In this document: positions 8,169 to 16,221 of the stretch, one piece after another
Layout of the letters: every line of letters starts with the position of its first letter
Numbering within the stretch: position 1 is the first letter of the stretch
Assembly (NCBI GenBank): GCA_965228485.1
Contig: OZ245819.1
Location: 1-32,000, forward strand
Reading direction: 5' to 3'
DNA length: 32,000 nucleotides
Source: Candidatus Saccharimonadota bacterium
Lineage (GTDB): Bacteria; Patescibacteriota; Gracilibacteria; UBA4473
Program-made: the position numbers and the translations under genes
The notes under the pieces: generated by a model
The model's database searches: none
What the model saw: only the letters and a program-made list of their open reading frames with translations
What the model was told of the DNA's origin: nothing

Positions 8169-8633
8169 ATGGCAAAGATTGAACAGACATTGGTATTAAT
8201 TAAACCAGATGCAATTCAGCGTGGTTTAGCAGGAGAGGTTATAAGTCGTTATGAAAAGAAGGGATTAAAAATTATCGGTCTAAAAATGATGCAACTAAAG
8301 GATGCCATCTTACGTGAGCACTATGCTCATGTGGTTGATAGACCTTTTTATGAAGAATTATCTCAATTTATGAGCTCGTCGCCGGTTATGGCTTTGTGTT
8401 TAGAGGGGCTTGATGCGGTTGAGGTAGTGAGAAAAGTTTCAGGAGTAGAGATGACTGATTTTGGAACTATTCGAGGTGATTTTTCAACTTCGGTTCAAAG
8501 AAACCTTGTTCATAGTTCTGATTCTTTGGAAACGGCTAAAAATGAAGTAGCTCGTTTTTTTGAAGCTCATGAGCTTTTTGATTATGAAAAAGATGAGTGG
8601 CGTCATGTATATGCAGATTGTGATAAAAGTTAA
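8169..8633 (+). CDS. ndk: Nucleoside diphosphate kinase
   Basis: TLVLIKPDAIQRGL, GTIRGDF and the active-site region NLVHSSDS. Confidence 0.9.
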   Translation: MAKIEQTLVLIKPDAIQRGLAGEVISRYEKKGLKIIGLKMMQLKDAILREHYAHVVDRPFYEELSQFMSSSPVMALCLEGLDAVEVVRKVSGVEMTDFGTIRGDFSTSVQRNLVHSSDSLETAKNEVARFFEAHELFDYEKDEWRHVYADCDKS

Positions 8634-8637
8634 GAAC

Positions 8638-11040
8638 ATGAAGATTATTTCTCGGTTGTGTTTCTCTCTCTTTTGTTTGAGTGTTGGGACGGCTCAGGCC
8701 GTTTTTTTGGATGTAGATACTACTCATCCATATTATCACGCTATTGCTGAACTCCAAAATCGTCAGATTGTAAAAGGTCATGCACTAGGAGAAAGGAGGG
8801 TTTTTAAGCCTCGAGAAGTTATTAATCGGGTTGAAGCTCTAAAAATGATTCTTTTGTCTGGAGAAGTGAATATTCCACCAGACATTACGACCAATTTTCC
8901 AGATGTAGCGACGAATCATTGGTTTTTTCCATATGTAGCTGGAGCGGCAGAATATGACATTGTTAATGGTTTTCCAGATGGTACTTTTCGTCCTGCGAGT
9001 AAAGTGACTCGCGCAGAGTTTCTCAAAATGCTTACTCGGTCTTTTGGATTGAGTGTTCGTGAAGCCCGAGAAGACGAAACCTGGTATGATCCTTATTTTG
9101 ATTTGGCAAAAGACTATAGACTCTTGCCTGATGAAGACACGCCCCATGGTTTGGTAAATAGAGGAGAAGCGGCGGAAATTATCTATAGAACTTTGCAGGT
9201 AGAAGCCATTGATTTTGCTCGTAAATATACTTTCTTCGGTTCTGGAAAAGCGAGTTATTACAACGAAGGATTTGCAGGTAAGCCTACGGCGAATGGAGAA
9301 ATCTATGACCCCTATGATATGACGGCGGCTCATAGAACTTTGCCATTTGGGACACGTTTGAAAGTTTATAATGAAACAGGAGATTTTGTGGTCGTAAGAA
9401 TTAATGATCGTGGACCTTATCATAAATCTCGAGTATTAGACTTATCCGAAGCGGCTTTTGAGCGACTAGCACCAATTTCAACAGGAGTAATTGCGGTACG
9501 TTTTGAAGTTTTCTCAGACCCATCTGATGAGACTATATCTATACCAGAGCAGATTCGTCCTCAGTTATCGACAGAGATAAAAACTAGCGAAATTCCAACC
9601 ACTATTCAGGAAGCTTTAAGCGCTCCAGTACCAGTAACGAGTGAATCTCAAAATTTGGAAAACACAGGAGGAATACCACTGCAACCATTATTCAAGGAAT
9701 CAATTGGGAGTGTTGGAATGAATTTTTTTCCAGGAGTAGAATTGCGTAACACCTTTCCTCAAAAACTTCCAGAAGGATATGTGTTTCATTTAAAAGGGCG
9801 GATCACAACGGATGATCGTTTTGAGAAGGTTGTTGTTTTCATGCAAGATCATGCCAGTGGAAGCCAGACTCAATTTGAGTCTCGTGTCTCTGGTAAAAAT
9901 TTTTCTGTGCCCGTTTATTTTTTCCAGTCAGGAACTTTCGATTTAGGGATAGTATTTGATAGCCAGAGAGAATCTAAAGTAGCAGAAATAGAGGTCGTAA
10001 AACTCAATAGAGAAAGACGATATTCAGCGAGCGAAATTATGTTTGCCTCCAATTTAGAGGTGAACTTAGTTCCAGAGGATGAAGAAGTATACTTTCGTTG
10101 GGCGAGTGCAGAAGATCGTTTAACAAAGTTGATTTTTACTCAGGGAAATCTTAAAAAAACGGCTTATTTTGTTGATGGGATTAATTATTTCCGTTTTCCC
10201 TACAATTTCTTTGATGGATTTGAATTAGAGCGAAATTTGGCGATTGATGTATTTCAGGCTCAGTCTGAAGATGGGAGTTTAGATAAGCAGTTTACCAACT
10301 GGAAAAAAGTAACGTTCAAGAATTATAAAATTGTTAGAGGTTTTCCTGATGTAGAGACGAGTGATGTTTCTATTAAACCTTTTAACCGTTATCAAAGGAC
10401 GCTGTCACCGATGGTCTTTGATGGAACACTTTTTACTGATAAAAAAGTATTTGAGGATGCTTTTATTATCAAACCAGATGGAACGGTTCAAACAGCGGAT
10501 GTGACTTCTTCGGGTGATAATTTTAGATTTAGTTTTATTCCTCAAGACTTTGGCCAGCATATTGTTGAGGTGATTTCGGACCAAGGAGAGATATTATTTA
10601 ATCGAGCCATTTATATTGATTCTGATTTGGTTTTGCCGATTTATCCAAGAAAACAAACGGTTGTTAAGGTAAATAATTCAACGGCGATTTTAGATTGGGT
10701 TAACCGAATCAGAGACAATCAAGGGGAAGGAGCGCTCTTGTCTGATGTGAACATAAAACGTGTAGCACAAGCCTATGCAGAACGAATGGCCAATGAAGGC
10801 TTTATCTCTCATGTAAGTCCAGATGGAGGGAGTCCGGCTGATAGAGTTGAAGACCTTAATCTTCCAGCTTTTGCAGAAAATTTGAGCTACGGTTCGAATC
10901 TTAACTTAGCCCTTAAGGGACTGGAAAATTCTGGTTCTCATCGTAAAAATATAATTTCACCACGATGGACTCGTGCAGGAATCGGTTTAGCTCAGAATCA
11001 AAAGGGTGAGTTTTATGTTGTTCAAATTTTTTCAAAATAG
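8638..11040 (+). CDS. Secreted cell-wall protein: SLH repeats, an RlpA-like DPBB domain, a large central region of unknown function, and a C-terminal CAP/SCP (YkwD-like) domain
   Basis: ATG 8638 gives the signal peptide MKIISRLCFSLFCLSVGTAQA. SLH motifs lie at nt 8701-9195 (FPDVATNHWFFPYV...GFPDGTFRPASKVTRAEFLKML). The DPBB domain lies at nt 9238-9510 (SYYNEGFAGKPTANGEIYDP...VVVRINDRGPY). The CAP domain lies at nt 10687-11037 (SHVSPDGGSPADR...GSHRKNIISPRWTRAGIG). The ORF-track start at 8560 overlaps ndk and is unlikely to be real. Confidence 0.8.
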   Translation: MKIISRLCFSLFCLSVGTAQAVFLDVDTTHPYYHAIAELQNRQIVKGHALGERRVFKPREVINRVEALKMILLSGEVNIPPDITTNFPDVATNHWFFPYVAGAAEYDIVNGFPDGTFRPASKVTRAEFLKMLTRSFGLSVREAREDETWYDPYFDLAKDYRLLPDEDTPHGLVNRGEAAEIIYRTLQVEAIDFARKYTFFGSGKASYYNEGFAGKPTANGEIYDPYDMTAAHRTLPFGTRLKVYNETGDFVVVRINDRGPYHKSRVLDLSEAAFERLAPISTGVIAVRFEVFSDPSDETISIPEQIRPQLSTEIKTSEIPTTIQEALSAPVPVTSESQNLENTGGIPLQPLFKESIGSVGMNFFPGVELRNTFPQKLPEGYVFHLKGRITTDDRFEKVVVFMQDHASGSQTQFESRVSGKNFSVPVYFFQSGTFDLGIVFDSQRESKVAEIEVVKLNRERRYSASEIMFASNLEVNLVPEDEEVYFRWASAEDRLTKLIFTQGNLKKTAYFVDGINYFRFPYNFFDGFELERNLAIDVFQAQSEDGSLDKQFTNWKKVTFKNYKIVRGFPDVETSDVSIKPFNRYQRTLSPMVFDGTLFTDKKVFEDAFIIKPDGTVQTADVTSSGDNFRFSFIPQDFGQHIVEVISDQGEILFNRAIYIDSDLVLPIYPRKQTVVKVNNSTAILDWVNRIRDNQGEGALLSDVNIKRVAQAYAERMANEGFISHVSPDGGSPADRVEDLNLPAFAENLSYGSNLNLALKGLENSGSHRKNIISPRWTRAGIGLAQNQKGEFYVVQIFSK

Positions 11041-11056
11041 TAGTATAATCAGCGAA

Positions 11057-12442
11057 ATGAAGAATTTTCTGTCTTCCAATCCTTTCTTTCAAACACTTGC
11101 CAAAATATTTGTGTTAGGATTCTTTGTGACAGGAAGTGTTTTTGCTCAGGGGATAAATGTTCCTAGTGATGTTGATAATTTGACAGCAGAAGCTCAAGAT
11201 AAGGCCGTTAATCTTGTGTGGAGTCCTGCGACAGATGATGGGATTATTTACCAATACAAAATTTACTACGGGACTTCTCAGGTGCTTGAACCTGATGATT
11301 CTTACGATGCTCATATTGTAGTAGATGGTGAGCTTACAGAGTATTTGGTAGGAAACCTTTTAAATGATGTTCAGTATTATTTCGCCGTTACGGCTGTAGA
11401 TGACCAGGGACAAGAATCGGATAATTACTCTCCAGAGGCTTCGGCAACACCGACCCTTGGAGGTTCGAGTTCAGGGAATCCAGAGGTTCTGAGCGCTCAA
11501 CACAAAGCCCCTAATGAGATCCTTGTAACGATGTCTGAGTCTGTTCAGGTTGATAGTAGTACGGATTCGTTTTTGGTGGTTCATGCCAGTGATGATGAGC
11601 AGATTGGGATTTCTAATACGATTGTAAATTCTGAAAAAGTAATCATTTTACTTTCTGAAGATTTGATTGTAGGAGATCAATATTTCATTACCGCTACATC
11701 AGGAGTTGAAGATATGGATGGTAATCCAGTGAGCTCTGGTATTACCGATACTATTGATCTTTTTGCTCTGGATGAATTTCCAGTAGATGAGCCAGAACCA
11801 GTGGTGACGCCGCCGACAGAAGAAGAACCATTAATTCCTGAGGAATCGGTTATTGAAACGCCAGAAGATAATCTGCCTCCAGCAGTAATTCCTAATGATG
11901 AAGAGGAGTTTGATTTCTTGGATACATTTCTGGAAGACCCAGAAAACGCTAATATAAACAATGATACTTCACTTGAGGATCTTGAATTGGAGGGAGAACA
12001 ACCTTCTGAGAATCTTGAAGCGGAAGACAATAGTCAGTCTTCGGCACCAGATAATCAACCACCGCAAGATGCTCGTAATTTGCAGGTTGATACGAGTACG
12101 GCTCAGAGTGAGGGGAGCGTGATGGTTTCTTGGACTCCAGCAGTTGATATTGATGATGATATTGCCGATCAAGTGCTTTACACTCGGGTAGGTCTTGGAG
12201 AATGGGATGGAGGATATTCTTTAGGGAAGGATGTAACGTCAACAGAAATTGATGTAGCACAAAATCAAAACTACCAAGTAAGAATCGTGACAATTGATCG
12301 TTCTGGGAATGAATCAATGGGAACTGAGTTTACTTTTTCTACAAACCTTGTTCAGTCTGGTAATGGAGGAATGATTTGGATTATGGGAGGAGCGCTACTA
12401 TTTGGAATGCTTCTACTCTTTGGGAGAAGGCAGTCTGCTTAG
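11057..12442 (+). CDS. Surface protein with two FN3 domains, an Ig-like domain, an acidic linker and a C-terminal GG-TM-RR anchor
   Basis: ATG 11057 gives MKNFLSSNPFFQTLAKIFVLGFFVTGSVFAQG (signal peptide). FN3 pattern: NLTAEAQDKAVNLVWSPATDD...YYFAVTAVDDQGQES. Second FN3: NLQVDTS...VSWTPAVD...YQVRIVTIDRSGNES. The protein ends SGNGGMIWIMGGALLFGMLLLFGRRQSA. Confidence 0.7.
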   Translation: MKNFLSSNPFFQTLAKIFVLGFFVTGSVFAQGINVPSDVDNLTAEAQDKAVNLVWSPATDDGIIYQYKIYYGTSQVLEPDDSYDAHIVVDGELTEYLVGNLLNDVQYYFAVTAVDDQGQESDNYSPEASATPTLGGSSSGNPEVLSAQHKAPNEILVTMSESVQVDSSTDSFLVVHASDDEQIGISNTIVNSEKVIILLSEDLIVGDQYFITATSGVEDMDGNPVSSGITDTIDLFALDEFPVDEPEPVVTPPTEEEPLIPEESVIETPEDNLPPAVIPNDEEEFDFLDTFLEDPENANINNDTSLEDLELEGEQPSENLEAEDNSQSSAPDNQPPQDARNLQVDTSTAQSEGSVMVSWTPAVDIDDDIADQVLYTRVGLGEWDGGYSLGKDVTSTEIDVAQNQNYQVRIVTIDRSGNESMGTEFTFSTNLVQSGNGGMIWIMGGALLFGMLLLFGRRQSA

Positions 12443-12945
12443 ATTTTTCGACCATCGTAAGCCCAGTGGATTAGTGTTTGGCGTTGTTTTTTTCGGCAGT
12501 TTAAATCTCCTGGTGTACAGTTCTTTTTTAGGGCTCCTATATGTCTTTTGATGGCTTTCCATCGTTTGATTTGTCGTAAATCTTCTTCCGGGATTCTTCG
12601 TCCGTAGTAGTATCGACAATACCACTGGAACCATCCACGTGGGTCTTCTGAGTAGATCCATCCTTTTCGTTCCCATTCTTCTAGGGGGAGAGAGGCATCA
12701 ACTTCAAAAAAGTTTAGTTCAATGTCTTTTTTAGTGGGAGATAATTTGGCATTTTCAAACCAATTTTTGGGGAACTCTGTTTGGCAATCGGTCATATATT
12801 TACCGCCAAAAGCTCCGAGTTCTAAAATTTCTTTGGGCGTGAGTTCGGGGTTAAATTCTGGGTGAAAGTTTTTTCCAGTGGGCTCATCCAAAAAGTATTC
12901 ATAATGCTTTTGCATTTTATCGTTTACGATAATCTTTTTTTTCAT
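12439..12945 (-). CDS. Conserved-looking hypothetical protein with a Trp/Tyr-rich motif
   Basis: 168-aa ORF with the striking block KGWIYSEDPRGWFQWYCRYYYGRRIPEEDLRQIKRWKAIKRH. I cannot name the family. Confidence 0.65.
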   Translation of the reverse strand: MKKKIIVNDKMQKHYEYFLDEPTGKNFHPEFNPELTPKEILELGAFGGKYMTDCQTEFPKNWFENAKLSPTKKDIELNFFEVDASLPLEEWERKGWIYSEDPRGWFQWYCRYYYGRRIPEEDLRQIKRWKAIKRHIGALKKNCTPGDLNCRKKQRQTLIHWAYDGRKI

Positions 12946-12969
12946 TCGTTTTTAAGTATACCTTAGCTA

Positions 12970-13653
12970 ATGACAGAAAAAATTCGAGTACAGAAATATC
13001 TATCTCAAAAAGGTCTCTTTTCAAGAAGGCAGGTTGAAGACTTTATTCGTAAGCGTCGTTTGAGAATTAATGGAGATATCGCTCAACTTGGGGATCGGGT
13101 AAGTGATGATGATATTATTTTACTCGATAAAAAGCCTCTGGAGATACCAAAAGAGGTGAAATCTATAGTACTGGCTTTTTATAAACCCAAAGGAGTTGAG
13201 ACGACGCTTAAGCTTTTGGAAGAGAGTCATACTTTGGCAGATTTTGACTTTGGAGTGGGAAGAGTTTTTCCTATTGGGCGTTTGGACAAAGATTCTCATG
13301 GTCTGCTTTTACTTACGAATGATGGAGATTTAGCTAATAAACTTATGCATCCGCGATACCAAAAATCTAAAGAATATCTGGTGTCACTGCATAAAAATAT
13401 TGATCAAGAATTTTGTTCAAAAATAGAATCTGGAATGGAGATCGATGATAAAATGACAGCCCCTTGTCAGTGTGAGAAGATAGATAACTCTATTGTAAAA
13501 ATTACGCTTACTGAAGGACGAAATCGTCAGATTCGTCGAATGTGTGGACGCTTGGGGTATGAGGTTGTCGATCTTTTAAGAGTAAAATTTGGTGATGTAG
13601 AGTTGGGGAGCCTTAAGCCAGGGATGTGGAAAGTAATTGAGTGGCAAGGTTAA
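12970..13653 (+). CDS. rRNA pseudouridine synthase, RsuA/RluB/E/F family (S4 domain plus catalytic domain)
   Basis: N-terminal S4-like segment (RVQKYLSQKGLFSRRQVEDFIRKRRLRING). Catalytic motif GRLDKDSHGLLLLTNDGDL, then KEY and EGRNRQIRRM. Confidence 0.85.
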   Translation: MTEKIRVQKYLSQKGLFSRRQVEDFIRKRRLRINGDIAQLGDRVSDDDIILLDKKPLEIPKEVKSIVLAFYKPKGVETTLKLLEESHTLADFDFGVGRVFPIGRLDKDSHGLLLLTNDGDLANKLMHPRYQKSKEYLVSLHKNIDQEFCSKIESGMEIDDKMTAPCQCEKIDNSIVKITLTEGRNRQIRRMCGRLGYEVVDLLRVKFGDVELGSLKPGMWKVIEWQG

Positions 13654-13709
13654 GATTTTATTAAGGGGTTTTAGTGGGAAAAAGTTATTTTTTAAGTAGG
13701 ATATAAAAA

Positions 13710-15941
13710 ATGATAAATACTCTTAAAGACTTTGATTTTTCGGTACTTGATGGTCCAAGTTTTAAAGAAGATTCAGTACGAGAAGAGATTATAAAACCAA
13801 TTCTCAACGAGCTGGGTTATTCGCTTGAAAAAGAAGCTAGAATTACGAGGAGTAAAACTCTTTCACACCCTTTTGTTAAAACAGGTTCTGGTGAAAAAAA
13901 ACCTATTACTTCTTTTCCCGATTACCTTCTGGAAGTTAACGGGAAGGACTCTTGGGTTTTAGATGCTAAAAATCCAAATGAAAATATTTTAGAGGGAGAC
14001 CATGTCGAGCAGGCTTATTTTTACGCGATACATCCGGAAGTTCGTGTAGATTACTTTGCTTTATGCAATGGAAAAGAATTTTCCGTATTCCATATAAGTG
14101 AGCACAAACCACTACTTCATTTCTCAATTTCTGAAATTGAAAAATACTGGGAAAATTTTTTTGACTTGTTGGCTCCTAAAAGCTTTTCAGGTGAAAATCA
14201 AATTCCAAAAATAAAACCTCAAAAATCAGATTTTGATTACTTAGCCCAAAAAATACCTGGGGAAATGGTAGTACGAAAAAGAGCTGCGAAAAGACATTTT
14301 GGTGTGCATGGTTATTTTACCAAACAGTCCTGGAATATCGTTCAGGAGTATATCAAAAACTTTACCCAACCTGGGGATACAGTGTTTGATCCTTTTGGTG
14401 GAAGTGGAGTAACTGCTATTGAGGCGATGATGACAGGGCGAAAAGGCATTCATATAGATTTGAATCCAATGTCGGTTTTTTTGGTGAAGAGTTTAGTTGT
14501 ACCAGTGGATTTTGATGAATTTTCTCAAGCCACTGGAAGGGTTTCTAGGTTTTTTGAAAAAACTGTCCCAAAGAATGAAATAGAAGTACAAGAAGCCCTT
14601 GAAAAATACCCCTTACCTAAAAATTTATCGTTACCAAAGGGATCTGATGTGGAAATGATGCATGATTTATTTTCAAAAAAGCAGATGGCAGAGTTAGCTT
14701 TACTTAAGTTTTCCATTAAAAAAGAAAAAAATAAAGACATTCAAAATTCATTACTTTTAGCTTTTTCTAGTACGATAAATAAAATAAATCTTACATATCA
14801 TCACTCGACGTATGCTAGTAAAAATGCTGGAGACTCCGGGATGTTCAAGTACTATCGTTATAGAATAGCTCCTTCTGAAGTGCCCTTAGATACCTTGGAT
14901 ACCTTTATTGGAAAAGCTAACAACGTTTTAAAAGCTAAAAAAGAAATATTTCCAGTTATTGCTAAAGAAGTAGTTAAAAAATCTAAAATTTTTAAAGGCA
15001 ATGCGGCGCACTTAGATAATATAAGTTCCGAAAGTGTGGATTATATTTATACTGACCCACCTTATGGAAGCAAAATTCCTTATTTGGATTTATCTACCAT
15101 GTGGAATGCTTGGTTGGACTTGGAAGTGACGGAAGATGATTTTGAAAATGAAGCGATTGAAGGAGGAGAGCATCACAAAACCAAAGATGAATATGGAGGA
15201 CTTATTGCAGATTCTCTTAAAGAAATGTTTCGGGTCTTAAAGTGGAACCGTTGGATGAGTTTTGTATTTCAACATCAAGATCCTTATTACTGGCATTTGA
15301 TTGTAGAAACCGCTGAAAAAATTGGTTTTGAGTATGCGGGATCAGTAGCACAAAAAAACGGACAAACCAGTTTTAAAAAACGACAAAACCCTTTTACGGT
15401 TCTTTCTGGTCAGCTTATTTTAAACTTTAAAAAAGTAAAAAATCCAAAATCCATACTGAAAAATGAATTAGGTATGAATGCCATGGATGCGGTGATTAAT
15501 AATGTGGAAGCATTAATTGCCAAGAATGATGGAGCAACACTTGAAGAAATCACCAATGAGTTGATTATTCGTGGTTTAGAGCTTGGATTTTTAGATTTAC
15601 TCAGTAAAGAAACAGCAGATATTGCTGATCTTTTAAGCACCCACTTTCATTACGATGAGGAAACTGATAAATATCATCTTCGTAAGAATACAAAATTTAG
15701 AAGCCACATTCCTGTAGAACTAAGGATTAGATACTTTATTATTTCATTTTTAAAACGATCTGAATTAGAAAAAGATTATCCTACCTTTGACTCAATTGTT
15801 TTTGATATTTTGCCCCTACTTAAAAACGGAACGACTCCAGAAAATCAAACAATTCGAAAAGTTTTGGAAGAAGTTGCAGATCATAGAGGAAGTGACAAAT
15901 GGCAACTAAAAAAAGATGGTCAGCAAAGTTTATTTCTTTAA
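13710..15941 (+). CDS. Fusion of an HsdR-N-type PD-(D/E)xK nuclease domain with an N4/N6 DNA methyltransferase (single-polypeptide RM-like enzyme)
   Basis: aa 20-130: SVREEIIKPILNELGY ... FPDYLLEV ... WVLDAKNP ... EQAYFYA ... ALCNGKEFSVF. aa 200-252: HGYFTKQSWNIVQEYIKNF..VFDPFGGSGVTAIEA..HIDLNP (AdoMet motif I region). aa 442-452: SVDYIYTDPPYG (motif IV), followed by FRVLKWNRWMSFVF. Confidence 0.75.
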   Translation: MINTLKDFDFSVLDGPSFKEDSVREEIIKPILNELGYSLEKEARITRSKTLSHPFVKTGSGEKKPITSFPDYLLEVNGKDSWVLDAKNPNENILEGDHVEQAYFYAIHPEVRVDYFALCNGKEFSVFHISEHKPLLHFSISEIEKYWENFFDLLAPKSFSGENQIPKIKPQKSDFDYLAQKIPGEMVVRKRAAKRHFGVHGYFTKQSWNIVQEYIKNFTQPGDTVFDPFGGSGVTAIEAMMTGRKGIHIDLNPMSVFLVKSLVVPVDFDEFSQATGRVSRFFEKTVPKNEIEVQEALEKYPLPKNLSLPKGSDVEMMHDLFSKKQMAELALLKFSIKKEKNKDIQNSLLLAFSSTINKINLTYHHSTYASKNAGDSGMFKYYRYRIAPSEVPLDTLDTFIGKANNVLKAKKEIFPVIAKEVVKKSKIFKGNAAHLDNISSESVDYIYTDPPYGSKIPYLDLSTMWNAWLDLEVTEDDFENEAIEGGEHHKTKDEYGGLIADSLKEMFRVLKWNRWMSFVFQHQDPYYWHLIVETAEKIGFEYAGSVAQKNGQTSFKKRQNPFTVLSGQLILNFKKVKNPKSILKNELGMNAMDAVINNVEALIAKNDGATLEEITNELIIRGLELGFLDLLSKETADIADLLSTHFHYDEETDKYHLRKNTKFRSHIPVELRIRYFIISFLKRSELEKDYPTFDSIVFDILPLLKNGTTPENQTIRKVLEEVADHRGSDKWQLKKDGQQSLFL

Positions 15942-15951
15942 GTTTTTACCT

Positions 15952-16221
15952 ATGAATACTTTTCAAAATAACCAAGAACGAATTGAGTATTACTACAATC
16001 GAAAACAAAAGTTTTTTCTAAGCTTCTCTGCTTGGTCGGTATTTTTTACTGGTTTGTTTTTTGTTTTATATAAACTTGGTTTTTTAACTGGTTTGGAGAT
16101 GGTTTATTGGTTTGGAGGATGTGTTTTTATGCCAGTTCTTCTTTATATTACAATTTATGACAAAAGAGCTTCTTTTTCTATCGGAAACAAAAAAGCAAAT
16201 TTTTATGGAAAGAAAAAATAA
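15952..16221 (+). CDS. Small two-TM membrane protein, hypothetical
   Basis: ATG 15952 gives MNTFQNNQERIEYYYNRKQKFFLSFSAWSVFFTGLFFVLYKLGFLTGLEMVYWFGGCVFMPVLLYITIY... The ORF-track start at 15916 overlaps the upstream gene. Confidence 0.45.
   Translation: MNTFQNNQERIEYYYNRKQKFFLSFSAWSVFFTGLFFVLYKLGFLTGLEMVYWFGGCVFMPVLLYITIYDKRASFSIGNKKANFYGKKK

Noticed and set aside
8560-8637. N-terminal extension of the SLH-DPBB-CAP ORF that overlaps ndk by 74 nt
   Set aside because: ATG 8638 gives a canonical signal peptide right after the ndk stop. The extension has no signal-peptide character.
8839-9423. 194-aa minus-strand ORF inside the SLH/DPBB gene
   Set aside because: It is antisense to a region with clear SLH and DPBB motifs. 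Its composition is Ile/Arg/Ser/Phe-rich and low in complexity, which is typical of antisense frames.
11677-12317. Minus-strand ORFs 11677-12030, 11949-12317 and 11969-12172 (Ser-rich and similar)
   Set aside because: They are antisense to the acidic linker and the second FN3 domain of the 11057-12442 gene. These are shadow frames of a GAA/GAT-rich sequence.
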